Below are positions 19,410 to 29,026 of a DNA stretch of 41,457 nucleotides, piece after piece (positions within the stretch are counted from its first letter, which is position 1; the number at the start of each line of letters is the position of its first letter). The stretch spans positions 1 to 41,457 of the forward strand of contig JBHLLF010000024.1 in the NCBI GenBank assembly GCA_048885865.1, in the 5' to 3' direction. Both the position numbers and the translations under genes were made by a program. The stretch is from Candidatus Hermodarchaeota archaeon (GTDB taxonomy: Archaea > Asgardarchaeota > Thorarchaeia > Thorarchaeales > Thorarchaeaceae). A model generated the notes under the pieces. That model was not told the DNA's origin, did not search any database, and worked only from the letters and a program-made list of their open reading frames with translations.

Positions 19410-20222
19410 ATGCGGCGATGCGAGTTCTGTGACAGTCCTGTCCCAGCCGATGCTACTATTTGCCCAGTATGCAATGAGGAGATTGCTGAGGAAACCCTTG
19501 AGAGAATTCTACCCATGCTCAAGAGACCTGATGCGCCAGATGTAAGGGAGATGGGTATTAGGGACAGACTATGGGGAGTAATTCGACGCCCTGCTGCGGC
19601 TTACCGGGATATCGGAAGAAGACCAGACGCCGCTGGACCGATGTTGGTCATAATTGCCAATGCTCTGGTCTTGTTTGGATTCTTCTTGGCAATATCATCC
19701 AAGTTCACTGTCACAGTCACAGTCAACGTGACCTCGGGACAGACTGCAGACGTGAGTATATTGAGCAGTCAATGGGCGCCCCAGGTCATCCTTGCTGGAG
19801 TGGCCACCATTGTTCCCTACATGATGCTTGGTATGTTCTACCTAATTATCGGTGGAGCCTTCGCTCATTTAGCCTTCAGAATTACTGGAGGTACTGGAAA
19901 CAAGCGGAAATCCGTAGCAATCGTTGGTTATAGCATGCTTCCTGTCGTGCTCATTCGAATAGCTGCAATCTTTGTCATAATGACAACTCTGCCCACATTT
20001 CCTGCAAATCTGGCTTCACAGTACGGGAGCATTGTTGACTCAGTATTCTCGTCGCCTAGTTGGGAAATCATAGATCTAATGACGGTAGGAGCGTTCTTCT
20101 GGACAGGATTCTTACTGATATTTGGGATAAGGGAGGCACATGACACCTCCACGAGGTGGGCAACACTTGTGTCCCTAGCTTGTATGATAGTCCTGATCTG
20201 GACCTTCTTGCAAGTTCACTAG
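19410..20222 (+). CDS. Zinc-ribbon plus Yip1-domain membrane protein
   Basis: CEFC...CPVC, then GVIRRPAAAYRDI, HLAFRITGGTG, VGYSMLP and GIREAH, typical of Yip1. Confidence 0.8.
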   Translation: MRRCEFCDSPVPADATICPVCNEEIAEETLERILPMLKRPDAPDVREMGIRDRLWGVIRRPAAAYRDIGRRPDAAGPMLVIIANALVLFGFFLAISSKFTVTVTVNVTSGQTADVSILSSQWAPQVILAGVATIVPYMMLGMFYLIIGGAFAHLAFRITGGTGNKRKSVAIVGYSMLPVVLIRIAAIFVIMTTLPTFPANLASQYGSIVDSVFSSPSWEIIDLMTVGAFFWTGFLLIFGIREAHDTSTRWATLVSLACMIVLIWTFLQVH

Positions 20223-21157
20223 AGTGGCAGGCCATACAGGGGAATGATTACAAAGGCTATAAGGCCCACAAGAGCACCAATCTTATCGAGTGTGCTTCCT
20301 ATCAAGAGGCGTTTCTTGTCATCAGGACCGGTCAGTGGCGCAATAGCAGCACCCAAAACAATGCCTGAGCCAAGTATGAGAAGAGGCCAGAGTTCCCAGC
20401 TAGCGAAGTTTAGAATCCAGACTAGGGAATAGCACGCCACACCAATGAGATTCAGAAGCGCAGCAACTCCAGCTGCTGCGTTGTATCCATATACTCTAGC
20501 AATTGTCCTTACGTCCCTGATTCGGTCACCTTCAACATCCTCAGCGCCCTTGATTGTTTCCCGGGCTTGAAGAATCATGAACGCGGTAAGGAAGAATAGC
20601 CATGAAGGAATCGGAATCATATAGCTCATGGTCTGCTCTGCATAGACGAAAGACCCGTATAATACACCAAACGCAAATGAAAACGCAACCATGAAATTAC
20701 CAGCTAGACCCCAGGTCTTGACTTTCGCTGCATATGCATATCCTATGGCGATAAAGACCAATACAATCAAGGTACTCCATGGACCAGTCAGAAGACCAAA
20801 GATTAGGCCAATTGCACTAAGAACTGCAACGTAAATCCATGCCTGCCTGATGGTCATCCTACCGCTGGGGAGAGCACGATGCGGACGATTAATCTTATCG
20901 ATCTCAATGTCGTAAATATCGTTGACAACATTGGATCCAGCAGCAATTGTGAAGTATGTGATATATGCAAATGCAAGAATATAGAGAGTATTGAACAAGT
21001 TGAGGACAGGGTCTTGCCTGTAGCTCATTAGGAAGCCAGCAATTACTGTAAGCGATCCAATGAAGCAGTTCTGCGGCCGAATGATTGAAAGGAATGCAAC
21101 TGGGTCAATCTTCTGATTTGAGGATGGCGGTTCTGATTCAATAGGACCTTCCGTCAT
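20219..21157 (-). CDS. UbiA-family prenyltransferase, likely digeranylgeranylglyceryl-phosphate synthase
   Basis: IRPQN, NDIYDIEIDKINRPHRALPSG and RETIKGAEDVEGD motifs. Confidence 0.88.
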   Translation of the reverse strand: MTEGPIESEPPSSNQKIDPVAFLSIIRPQNCFIGSLTVIAGFLMSYRQDPVLNLFNTLYILAFAYITYFTIAAGSNVVNDIYDIEIDKINRPHRALPSGRMTIRQAWIYVAVLSAIGLIFGLLTGPWSTLIVLVFIAIGYAYAAKVKTWGLAGNFMVAFSFAFGVLYGSFVYAEQTMSYMIPIPSWLFFLTAFMILQARETIKGAEDVEGDRIRDVRTIARVYGYNAAAGVAALLNLIGVACYSLVWILNFASWELWPLLILGSGIVLGAAIAPLTGPDDKKRLLIGSTLDKIGALVGLIAFVIIPLYGLPL

Positions 21158-21297
21158 TTTTATCCTCCCTCTCAAAGGTCCGGGGAGGTTTCGGGATTAA
21201 AGACTTCCGCTGAGTCCAATGTCGACCCAATCACTCATATGAGGAGATGTCAAAGCGACCGTGGTAGTCCATCACCTTGATCCATAAGTGTGGAGGA

Positions 21298-22140
21298 ATG
21301 ACGTCCCTGGCAGATATCAGATTCGGTCCAGCAGGCTATCCTTCTGCTGCCAAGGGAAGCGTGTCACGCGTTTTCTCTCTCTTGAACGAGGTCAACCTGA
21401 ACGCGTTGGAATATGCAGCTGTTTACGGTCTGCGTATGGGCCCAGAAAAAGCTGAGATTGTTGGTCACCTTTCTAAAGAGTCTGGAATCTCAATGAGCAT
21501 GCATGCAGCGTATTACATCAGTCTGCTTTCCAGGCAGCAAGACGTCCGAGAAAGGTCAAAGGGTAGGCTAGCGAAGGCACTTCAATTCGCACCTCTAATG
21601 CACGTAAAGAGAATCGTCTTTCATCCTGGGGGCTATAGCGGACTTTCTCAACAAGAAGCCTATGCTGTTGTTAGGGATGCGGTGGAAGAGGTCTGGGAGA
21701 AAGCGGGACACCTAGGAGATGGGGCTATTCTCATGGTCGAAACCGCAGGCAAGAAGGGTGCATTTGGCTCCGTCGATGAGCTGATTGGATTATGCCAAGA
21801 TGTGGATGGTTGTCTTCCTGCAATCGATTGGGCACATCTATATGCGCGGAGCATGGGCCAAATCAACGATAAGGAAAGCTACCTTGAGATAATTGGTAGA
21901 TTCGAGGACCAGCTGGGAAATCGTTTTGTTGATAACATGCACTTCCACGTAAGCGGAATCACCTACACAAAGAGAGGAGAGAAGTCTCATAGACCACTGG
22001 GCGGAGAGTGGGGACCTGATATTCTCCCTCTAATGCAGATAGTGAAAGAAGTGGGCTATACCCCCACCTTCATATCGGAAACACCTAATTCTCTCGAAGG
22101 CGCTCTGTATACAAAACATCTCTATGAAGCTCTGGAGTAA
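21298..22140 (+). CDS. nfo: Endonuclease IV (archaeal type)
   Basis: FGPAG, HAAYYISL, FHPG, ETAGK, DWAHLYAR, HFH and ISETP metal-ligand motifs. Confidence 0.88.
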   Translation: MTSLADIRFGPAGYPSAAKGSVSRVFSLLNEVNLNALEYAAVYGLRMGPEKAEIVGHLSKESGISMSMHAAYYISLLSRQQDVRERSKGRLAKALQFAPLMHVKRIVFHPGGYSGLSQQEAYAVVRDAVEEVWEKAGHLGDGAILMVETAGKKGAFGSVDELIGLCQDVDGCLPAIDWAHLYARSMGQINDKESYLEIIGRFEDQLGNRFVDNMHFHVSGITYTKRGEKSHRPLGGEWGPDILPLMQIVKEVGYTPTFISETPNSLEGALYTKHLYEALE

Positions 22141-22147
22141 TTCATCA

Positions 22148-23491
22148 ATGACTGATTATGCATTTGTCCTTGGGAAGAATTGGCTGCTTAGCCTTGCTGA
22201 GCTAGTCGTCTATATCCGAGATAGAGGTCTTGCTGATGGCGTGAAGGACTACTCGAGGACAGCAGCTATTGTGGAGATTGAGGAAAAGCTAGATGATGAG
22301 CAGTTAGTCGAGATTCAGAGCGCACTTGGTGGTTGCTTCAAAGTTGGCAGAGTTGTGTCTGCATATGACAGGTCACTTGTGGAGGGTGCTTTTCCAGCAA
22401 GAGGGAAAGTAGACAAACAGGCACGAATAGCGTTTCAAGAGGCTCCGTGGACTGACCGCATCTGGAACAAGTTGAAGGGAGGCAAGGTCAAATTTGGAGT
22501 CAGCACATACCCAATGTTGGGAAAACAGACTACTATTGATCTTAGAAAATTCACTCTTGGACTTGATGAGTGGACCAAGAAACGCATTCTGGAACTTGGT
22601 GCGAAGAAAGCCGTGTACTATGTCTATGACGGCCCTGATAAGAGAGATGCACGTCGACCAAATGTAGCACTTTGGCCTCAGAGCATCGGTCGACACGGCC
22701 TTTTGAGTCCCCCAAATGCCGAGTTGCTAGCTCTTCTAATGGAGGATACACTGCATATTGCTAAGACAGTAGCAGTCTATGACTCAACGCTCCAGAGGTA
22801 CAGAGACGAAACTAGACCCTTCATGTCAGCAGAGATTAGCACTAGTCCCAAAATCTGTAGAACTCTCCTCACATTATCCGGTGCGAGACCCGGAGACACT
22901 GTGCTTGATCCATTCTGCGGCACTGGAACACTACTGATGGAAGCTGCAATGCTTGGCATGAAATGCGTGGGCATTGATATCGAGCAATCAATGATTAAGG
23001 GAGCAGGCCAGAATCTTAAATGGGTGGGGTCGGGCCTTGGTGAATGGTTGGATTTCAAGCTCATCAAAGGCGATGCACGCTACGCGGCTAAGCTCATTGA
23101 TGGTGAAGTAGATGCTGTGGCGTTTGAGCCACATCTTGGTCCCACGTACTCTGAACCTCCTTCTTATGGAGAAGCGGTAAGCAGTATAGAGGAGCTCACT
23201 GTGCTGTATCGTGAGGTGCTCCAGAGTCTTGAGTCCTGTCTCAGACCGGGAGGCAGAATTGCAATGACCCTGCCTGTTGTAAACACAACTGAGAAGCAGG
23301 TTTCCATAGATCTTGCACCTATGACGGAAGGTACTGGATTCATGGTCTTTAAGCTCCTTCCCAAAGATGCATTTGCAGAGGCAGCGCCAAAACACAAACA
23401 GCTTCAGGTAATCCCTGAACGCAGTACTCTCCCTGAGAGGAAAAGAGGTCAGATTGTAGAACGAGATGTTGTGATGTTGGGTAAAGCCTAG
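22148..23491 (+). CDS. Trm11-like SAM-dependent RNA methyltransferase
   Basis: STSPKICR and VLDPFCGTGTLLMEA motifs; long N-terminal region; motif IV diverged (FEPHLG). Confidence 0.7.
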   Translation: MTDYAFVLGKNWLLSLAELVVYIRDRGLADGVKDYSRTAAIVEIEEKLDDEQLVEIQSALGGCFKVGRVVSAYDRSLVEGAFPARGKVDKQARIAFQEAPWTDRIWNKLKGGKVKFGVSTYPMLGKQTTIDLRKFTLGLDEWTKKRILELGAKKAVYYVYDGPDKRDARRPNVALWPQSIGRHGLLSPPNAELLALLMEDTLHIAKTVAVYDSTLQRYRDETRPFMSAEISTSPKICRTLLTLSGARPGDTVLDPFCGTGTLLMEAAMLGMKCVGIDIEQSMIKGAGQNLKWVGSGLGEWLDFKLIKGDARYAAKLIDGEVDAVAFEPHLGPTYSEPPSYGEAVSSIEELTVLYREVLQSLESCLRPGGRIAMTLPVVNTTEKQVSIDLAPMTEGTGFMVFKLLPKDAFAEAAPKHKQLQVIPERSTLPERKRGQIVERDVVMLGKA

Positions 23492-24321
23492 AAAAGATGC
23501 CGAATTACATCATCCAGAATAGCATATGTTTGAAGACGCTCGACATCTGACTTTACATATGGCATTGCATGCTTGAATAGCATTGTCTGGTAGACTTTCT
23601 TCGAAACGGTTGACTGGATTATTTTACTCAATATCTTCAATATTTCTTCCAACGCGACTCTGAGCTCCTTATAGTGAGCGATATTGACATCAATATTCAA
23701 GACATCAATACCACCAGAGTCAACAGTGACAACATCGAGGAAACTGTAGAATTCCTTGATGGGTTTCAGCGACTTCTTGATTTCTCTCACAAGTTTCCTC
23801 CGTGTGTCCGTGTCAGTCTTGACTTTCATAAGAGCTTTGAAGAGATGGCTGTAAACAGCCAAACAGTCCATCGATTTTCCAGCTACAAGGCTTTCGTCTG
23901 TAACCTCATATTGACTTACAAGTTCATCAACGAAAGTCCCAAATTTCTTGAACTGGCCAGGGCGTCCATGCCATTGCTTCAGCATCATTTCAATGTCATT
24001 GTCTGGAGGTATCTCATTCTTCATGAATTCGTTCATAGCATATTCAAGGATGAAGCGCATATGACTGACTCGCGCACTTTTGGAAACAACCATTACAAAG
24101 AGAAGATAATCATTCGCCTCCCAGATGTAGCGATTTGTGTCCGTATCAATAGTCTTGAGACTCTCTTGTGCTGCTTTGTCTATGAAGGTGTGAGTCGCTG
24201 AAAGAAAAGGAGCAATCAAATCCATATCAATCTCGATATTGGCATAGGCTCTACTAACGAGATTTCTACCGCTACCACGCTCAATCAGCCATATACCTTG
24301 GACCGATCTCTTGTTGGACAT
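23488..24321 (-). CDS. Longin-like N-terminal domain protein with helical C-terminus
   Basis: GIWLIERGSGRNLVSRAY...IDMDLIAPFLSATHTF, same pattern as the N-terminus of 5200-6435. Confidence 0.7.
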   Translation of the reverse strand: MSNKRSVQGIWLIERGSGRNLVSRAYANIEIDMDLIAPFLSATHTFIDKAAQESLKTIDTDTNRYIWEANDYLLFVMVVSKSARVSHMRFILEYAMNEFMKNEIPPDNDIEMMLKQWHGRPGQFKKFGTFVDELVSQYEVTDESLVAGKSMDCLAVYSHLFKALMKVKTDTDTRRKLVREIKKSLKPIKEFYSFLDVVTVDSGGIDVLNIDVNIAHYKELRVALEEILKILSKIIQSTVSKKVYQTMLFKHAMPYVKSDVERLQTYAILDDVIRHLF

Positions 24322-24391
24322 TGTCGGTCAAGCTCCTAGGATGCCATTGGTAGAGCTTAGAAATAAGACTATGTCGGACGTGAATAATACA

Positions 24392-24429
24392 GGAAAAAGA
24401 ACAAAAGGACAGGGTTTTGGACCCTGTCC
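24392..24429 (-). terminator. 9-bp stem-loop plus U-tract downstream of tfb
   Basis: GGACAGGGT (24407-24415) and ACCCTGTCC (24421-24429); the minus strand continues TTTTGTTCTTTTTCC. Confidence 0.65.
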
Positions 24430-24466
24430 ATTCCTCTGCCTTCCAACTCTTTGACTGCGTTCTCCG

Positions 24467-25438
24467 TTAGGTTGTGGAAATCCCCAGCTTCTCAACCATT
24501 TCCTTGTATCTGTTTCGAACCGTTACTTCAGTCACTCGCGCAGTGCGAGCGATTTCAAGTTGGGTCCGGCGTTGACCCGTGAGAATACTTGCAACGTAAA
24601 TCGCTGCAGCAGCCATTCCCTTTGGATCTTTGCCAATCGTAAGTCGTTCCTCTCGAGCCATCTCAAGAATGTCTATAGCTTTCTTCTTGGCATCGCCTTC
24701 AAGTCCCAACTCAGTTCCGAATCGATGCACAAACTCCACAGGATTACTGTGAGGAATCTTGAGATTCAGATACCTTAGAATCAGTCTGACACACAGACTG
24801 AGTTCCTTTCTAGTGATGTGTATCTGATCACAGACTTCCTCCAGAGGTCTAGGAACTTGGTGCACCCTGCATGCAAGGTATAATGAAGCTGCAATCATCC
24901 CCAAGATCGTACGCCCTCTCGTGAGACGCTTACGCAGTGCTTTTCGGTAAATCACTGCAGATGTCTCTCGTATCGAATAGGGGATGCTCAACTGAGAGCT
25001 GATTCTATGAAGTTCTGTCATAGCAACCGCAAGGTTACGTTTGTCAGAAGAGTGCACTTTGGTGCGTATTTGCCATTTACGTAGTCTATGTATTTGAGCC
25101 CGTCTGGTAGAAGTCAATTTCCTTCCTGAGGCGTCCACATTCTGGCGACCAATTATTGTGGTAAGCCCTTGATCGAACTTACTCCAGTCTGTTGGTCCGC
25201 CGACGCGCTGACGAGCATTCTGCTCATCTGCAGTGAATGCACGCCATTCTGGACCCATATCAATGGATCTATCAGAAAGAACTAGTCCACAATTAGAACA
25301 GGTTACCTCTCCCCTCGTACTATCAATATAGACTTCATCAGAAGTGCACGTAGAACAGACGTATCTAGCCGCACCAGCTTTGCTTTCTCCGGATTTCTTG
25401 GTCTTCGCGTGTTTGCTGGCCAGTGCAATCATCTCCAT
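24467..25438 (-). CDS. tfb: Transcription initiation factor IIB
   Basis: Zinc ribbon CSTC...CSNCG, B-reader GPEWRAF, RLRKWQ, two cyclin repeats, TEVTVRNRYKE. Confidence 0.96.
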   Translation of the reverse strand: MEMIALASKHAKTKKSGESKAGAARYVCSTCTSDEVYIDSTRGEVTCSNCGLVLSDRSIDMGPEWRAFTADEQNARQRVGGPTDWSKFDQGLTTIIGRQNVDASGRKLTSTRRAQIHRLRKWQIRTKVHSSDKRNLAVAMTELHRISSQLSIPYSIRETSAVIYRKALRKRLTRGRTILGMIAASLYLACRVHQVPRPLEEVCDQIHITRKELSLCVRLILRYLNLKIPHSNPVEFVHRFGTELGLEGDAKKKAIDILEMAREERLTIGKDPKGMAAAAIYVASILTGQRRTQLEIARTARVTEVTVRNRYKEMVEKLGISTT

Positions 25439-25579
25439 GCAAACCCTATCGGGGGAGTAGGGTTGCCGTCAGAGTAATTGTTGATACCTGTGCGGTGTGC
25501 CCCAATCATGGCGGTGAAGGAGCACATTTGCGGGACGCGGGTATTCTCAGAGAGAACACCTATGCGCAGATATTAAATC

Positions 25580-25594
25580 ATTATAAACTCTTTG
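25580..25594 (-). promoter_or_regulatory. Candidate BRE/TATA for tfb
   Basis: Minus strand CAAAGAG-TTTATAAT in the AT-rich divergent tfb/argS spacer. Confidence 0.35.
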
Positions 25595-25713
25595 TAGGTT
25601 TTCTTTGATGTTCAGTTATATAATTGAATAAATTAAAGACCAGTCTGGGCGCTAAAACATTCAATGGCGAATCATTATTCAGCCTGAAACAATTGTGAAG
25701 TAGCGCTTAGTTT

Positions 25714-27675
25714 ATGAGTCAACACCGGGTAGCTATGACCCACCCAACGAGGAAACCAGCTGTGAAGACTGACAAGACGACAGATAATCCATGGAGTCAT
25801 GTGATGGACATAGCCGCAAGAGTTCTAGCTGAGTCTGCGTCTGTCTCTCTTGTGACAGCTCACGAGAACCTTGAGATTCCTCCAGACGCGAAGCTAGGAG
25901 ATATTGCAACCACCATAGCTTTTCGCCTTGCAAAGGAAAGAAAGGAGAGTCCAGCTAAGATTGCTGCGGAAATATCGCAGAAGATTGATAGTGCTGTCAA
26001 GAAGGAGCCCCTGATAGATAGGGTGGACACAAAGGGGCCATATATCAATCTCTTTCTGTCAAGAGGCCATCTTGCTGATATTGTCATCAGAACGGTTGGT
26101 CGATCATATCAGGACTATGGTAAGTCTGACGAATTTCAGGGCAATCGAGCTTTAATGGAGTACCCGGCGGTAAATCCATCCAAGCCGTGGCACATTGGCC
26201 ATACCAGAAATGCTGTTCTTGGGGACACCTTAGGCAATGTCCTTGAGGCAGCAGGATACGACGTGATTAGAACTGACTACATCAATAACCTTGGATTGCA
26301 GATTGCCCAGCTCGTTTGGAAGCTGATGAAGGACAAACCCTCCCCTGGAGATGAGAAATATGATCACTTTCTTGGGCACCTATATGTTGGTGTGCATGAA
26401 GCCTTTGAGAAGGACAAGAAAGTAGAAACCGAGATTCGGGCGGTTGCTCGTGACCTCGAGAGCTTGGAGAGCGAGGCGGCCAGAGTCAGCGAAGAGATGG
26501 TCACCAAATGCGTGAGAGCACAATGTCAGACTGCATATCGACTCGGAATCTTTCATGATTACCAGATATGGGAGAGTGCGATTGCTCACAGTGGATTGCT
26601 GGATCAAGCCCGAAAGATGATGCTAGAAACTGAGAACATCTTCATCCCTGAAAACGGTGAGAAGGCAGGATGTATAGTAGCCGACCTCAGGACAATTGAA
26701 GAGTTCAAGGATATGAAGGATCCATTGAAGGTCCTCTTCAGGTCAGACGGGACTAGGACTTACACTGGCGCAGATGTAGCCACACAGATGTGGAAATTTG
26801 GGATAATAGAAGACCCATTCCTATACAAAGAGTTTGAGCGGCAGCCAAACGGCAAAACCGTGTATAGAACTGCTGTCGATGGAGCCGAGAGAGCCCTTGG
26901 GTCTGTTGACCTTGTTTTCAACATAATTGGATCTGAGCAATCTCAGCCGCAACGGCTGGTCTACACGGTGCTTGGACTCCTAGGATATAATGAACAGAGT
27001 AGTGACTCACATCATATCGCGTACGAATTTGTTGGACTTGAAGATGAGGACTTCTCAGGCAGGGAGGGCACGTGGATAGGGTATTCATGCGACGAGGTGC
27101 TTGATAAGGCAGAGGCTCTAGCCAGAAAGGAGGTTGAAAAACGAAATCCTGAGGAGTCTGAGGATTTCAAAAATGATGTGGCTGCTAGGGTAGGAACAGG
27201 TGCTGTTCGATACTTGCTGTTGAAATCATCACCAGACAGAAAAATCACATTTAGATGGGACGATGCATTAGACTTCAACGGAGATGCAGCTCCATATCTG
27301 CAGTACTCTATTGCGAGAGCGCAGAGAATATTAGAGAGGGTAGATGAAACGGATTCTTCAAAAGCCGATCTAAAACTGTTGGTAGAGGAGGCGGAATTTG
27401 CGCTCATCAAAGCCATCTCCCGCTTCCCAGATATGATTATTGAAGTAGTGAGGAGTCTGAAGAAAGAAACCTGGGGAACAGGGTTTAGTTCCAACAGAAT
27501 TGCTGCATACTGCTATGAGTTGGCAACGCTCTTCAGCAGATTCTATGATTCTTGCCCAGTGCTTAAAGCGGAGCCAGATTTCAAAAATGCCAGGCTCGAA
27601 CTGGTGAAGGCATTCAAGATTACGATGGTGAATTGCCTAAGGATTCTTGGAATTCCTGTGGTCGAACGAATGTAG
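25714..27675 (+). CDS. argS: Arginyl-tRNA synthetase
   Basis: VNPSKPWHIGHTRNAVLGD (HIGH), RSDGT, FSGREG and PYLQYSIARA motifs. Confidence 0.96.
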   Translation: MSQHRVAMTHPTRKPAVKTDKTTDNPWSHVMDIAARVLAESASVSLVTAHENLEIPPDAKLGDIATTIAFRLAKERKESPAKIAAEISQKIDSAVKKEPLIDRVDTKGPYINLFLSRGHLADIVIRTVGRSYQDYGKSDEFQGNRALMEYPAVNPSKPWHIGHTRNAVLGDTLGNVLEAAGYDVIRTDYINNLGLQIAQLVWKLMKDKPSPGDEKYDHFLGHLYVGVHEAFEKDKKVETEIRAVARDLESLESEAARVSEEMVTKCVRAQCQTAYRLGIFHDYQIWESAIAHSGLLDQARKMMLETENIFIPENGEKAGCIVADLRTIEEFKDMKDPLKVLFRSDGTRTYTGADVATQMWKFGIIEDPFLYKEFERQPNGKTVYRTAVDGAERALGSVDLVFNIIGSEQSQPQRLVYTVLGLLGYNEQSSDSHHIAYEFVGLEDEDFSGREGTWIGYSCDEVLDKAEALARKEVEKRNPEESEDFKNDVAARVGTGAVRYLLLKSSPDRKITFRWDDALDFNGDAAPYLQYSIARAQRILERVDETDSSKADLKLLVEEAEFALIKAISRFPDMIIEVVRSLKKETWGTGFSSNRIAAYCYELATLFSRFYDSCPVLKAEPDFKNARLELVKAFKITMVNCLRILGIPVVERM

Positions 27676-29025
27676 TCAGCCAGAGGTAACCTGTGCAGAG
27701 CTAATGACGATTGATGGACTTATAATCGAGAACGCAACTCGAGTATCTGCAGCCACCATCTCAATACGTTTCAGCAGATCGCGCATGTTGATCCCGATGA
27801 GCGTGTTTTGGACAGGATGCTGAATCTCTCCATTCTCGAAATATGACCCTTCCATAATCATTGCACTGAGGTCACCGGTTGTCATGTTTGGTCGGTCCCC
27901 AGTGAAGCGGCATAGAACTCCCTTGCCAACTTCTTCGATGAGATCATCCAATGTGCCTTTTCCAGATGCAACTACAAAGTTTGACGAGGATATCGAGGGC
28001 ACTCCTGCATATCCTGCGCGGCTGGCATTTCCAGTGTTGTCGACGCCATCCTTGTTGGCAGTATAGGAGTTGTGCAATAGGCTCATTAGGACGCCATCAT
28101 CAATAATCTCAGTACGTTGAGATGGATGGCCTTCGGCATCAAATGATCTAGACGCGACGCCGGACTTCATAAGACCATCATCAATAATTCGAAGCTGTGA
28201 AGTCGATACCTCTTCGCCCAATGCATCTGCAATGTATGAGCGGCCATATTGGACTTCCTCAGCGTTCACTGCTCCAGCGAACCCTCCCCCTAGGATAGTA
28301 TCTACGGCAAATGGAGCAAGAACAAGAGGCATCTCACCACCTTCAATAACTTTGGCGCCCAGATTGCTCAACGCATTCTCTGCAGATGTCTTGCCTATCC
28401 ACTCGGGGTCGATCCCTTTGAGGTTGCGAGAGAGCTGGACTTCATAGCTGGATGTTTGATCACCGTCTTCTTTGATAATGGGCTCGGTATACATCAATAC
28501 AGATGTCGTTTCGCCAGAACCCTTGATTCCAAGCGAATTGACAATAACCTTAGTGCCATATGATGAACTCATTTTAGCTTGAACTGCAACATTCATGCCA
28601 TCCAGCCTGGATCGAGTGGCGTCAACTCCACGGATGATCAGTTCAGCGAAATGCTCGGAATCCAACGCGACTATTTCAGGATCGTAGAGTCCTTGTACAT
28701 CAGGGTAACTGCCATCGAATGATGGAAGGCTAACAAAGTCCGGGTCAGGAAGAGAGGCTTTGGCGAGTCTAACAGACATCTCAGCAGCCTCCAGAAGGTC
28801 AGCTTCCAAAACAGTTGTAGCATATGCAAATCCCACCCCTTTTCCAACAACTGACCGAATTCCGCAACCCGTGTCTCGTTGCTCTGAGGCACTCTTGATT
28901 GAATTGTTCTCTACATCAATGGAGAAAGTACGGGATGACGACGTGTAGACTTCCACTTGGTCGGCACCAAATGATTCAGCTTTCTTAGCTGCCTTTTCTG
29001 CTATATCTAGAAGCTTCTCCTTCAC
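27676..29025 (-). CDS. pmbA: TldE/PmbA-family protein
   Basis: SFDAEG and TGNASR motifs; no HExxGH; paired with tldD. Confidence 0.88.
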   Translation of the reverse strand: MKEKLLDIAEKAAKKAESFGADQVEVYTSSSRTFSIDVENNSIKSASEQRDTGCGIRSVVGKGVGFAYATTVLEADLLEAAEMSVRLAKASLPDPDFVSLPSFDGSYPDVQGLYDPEIVALDSEHFAELIIRGVDATRSRLDGMNVAVQAKMSSSYGTKVIVNSLGIKGSGETTSVLMYTEPIIKEDGDQTSSYEVQLSRNLKGIDPEWIGKTSAENALSNLGAKVIEGGEMPLVLAPFAVDTILGGGFAGAVNAEEVQYGRSYIADALGEEVSTSQLRIIDDGLMKSGVASRSFDAEGHPSQRTEIIDDGVLMSLLHNSYTANKDGVDNTGNASRAGYAGVPSISSSNFVVASGKGTLDDLIEEVGKGVLCRFTGDRPNMTTGDLSAMIMEGSYFENGEIQHPVQNTLIGINMRDLLKRIEMVAADTRVAFSIISPSIVISSAQVTSG

Positions 29026-29026
29026 T

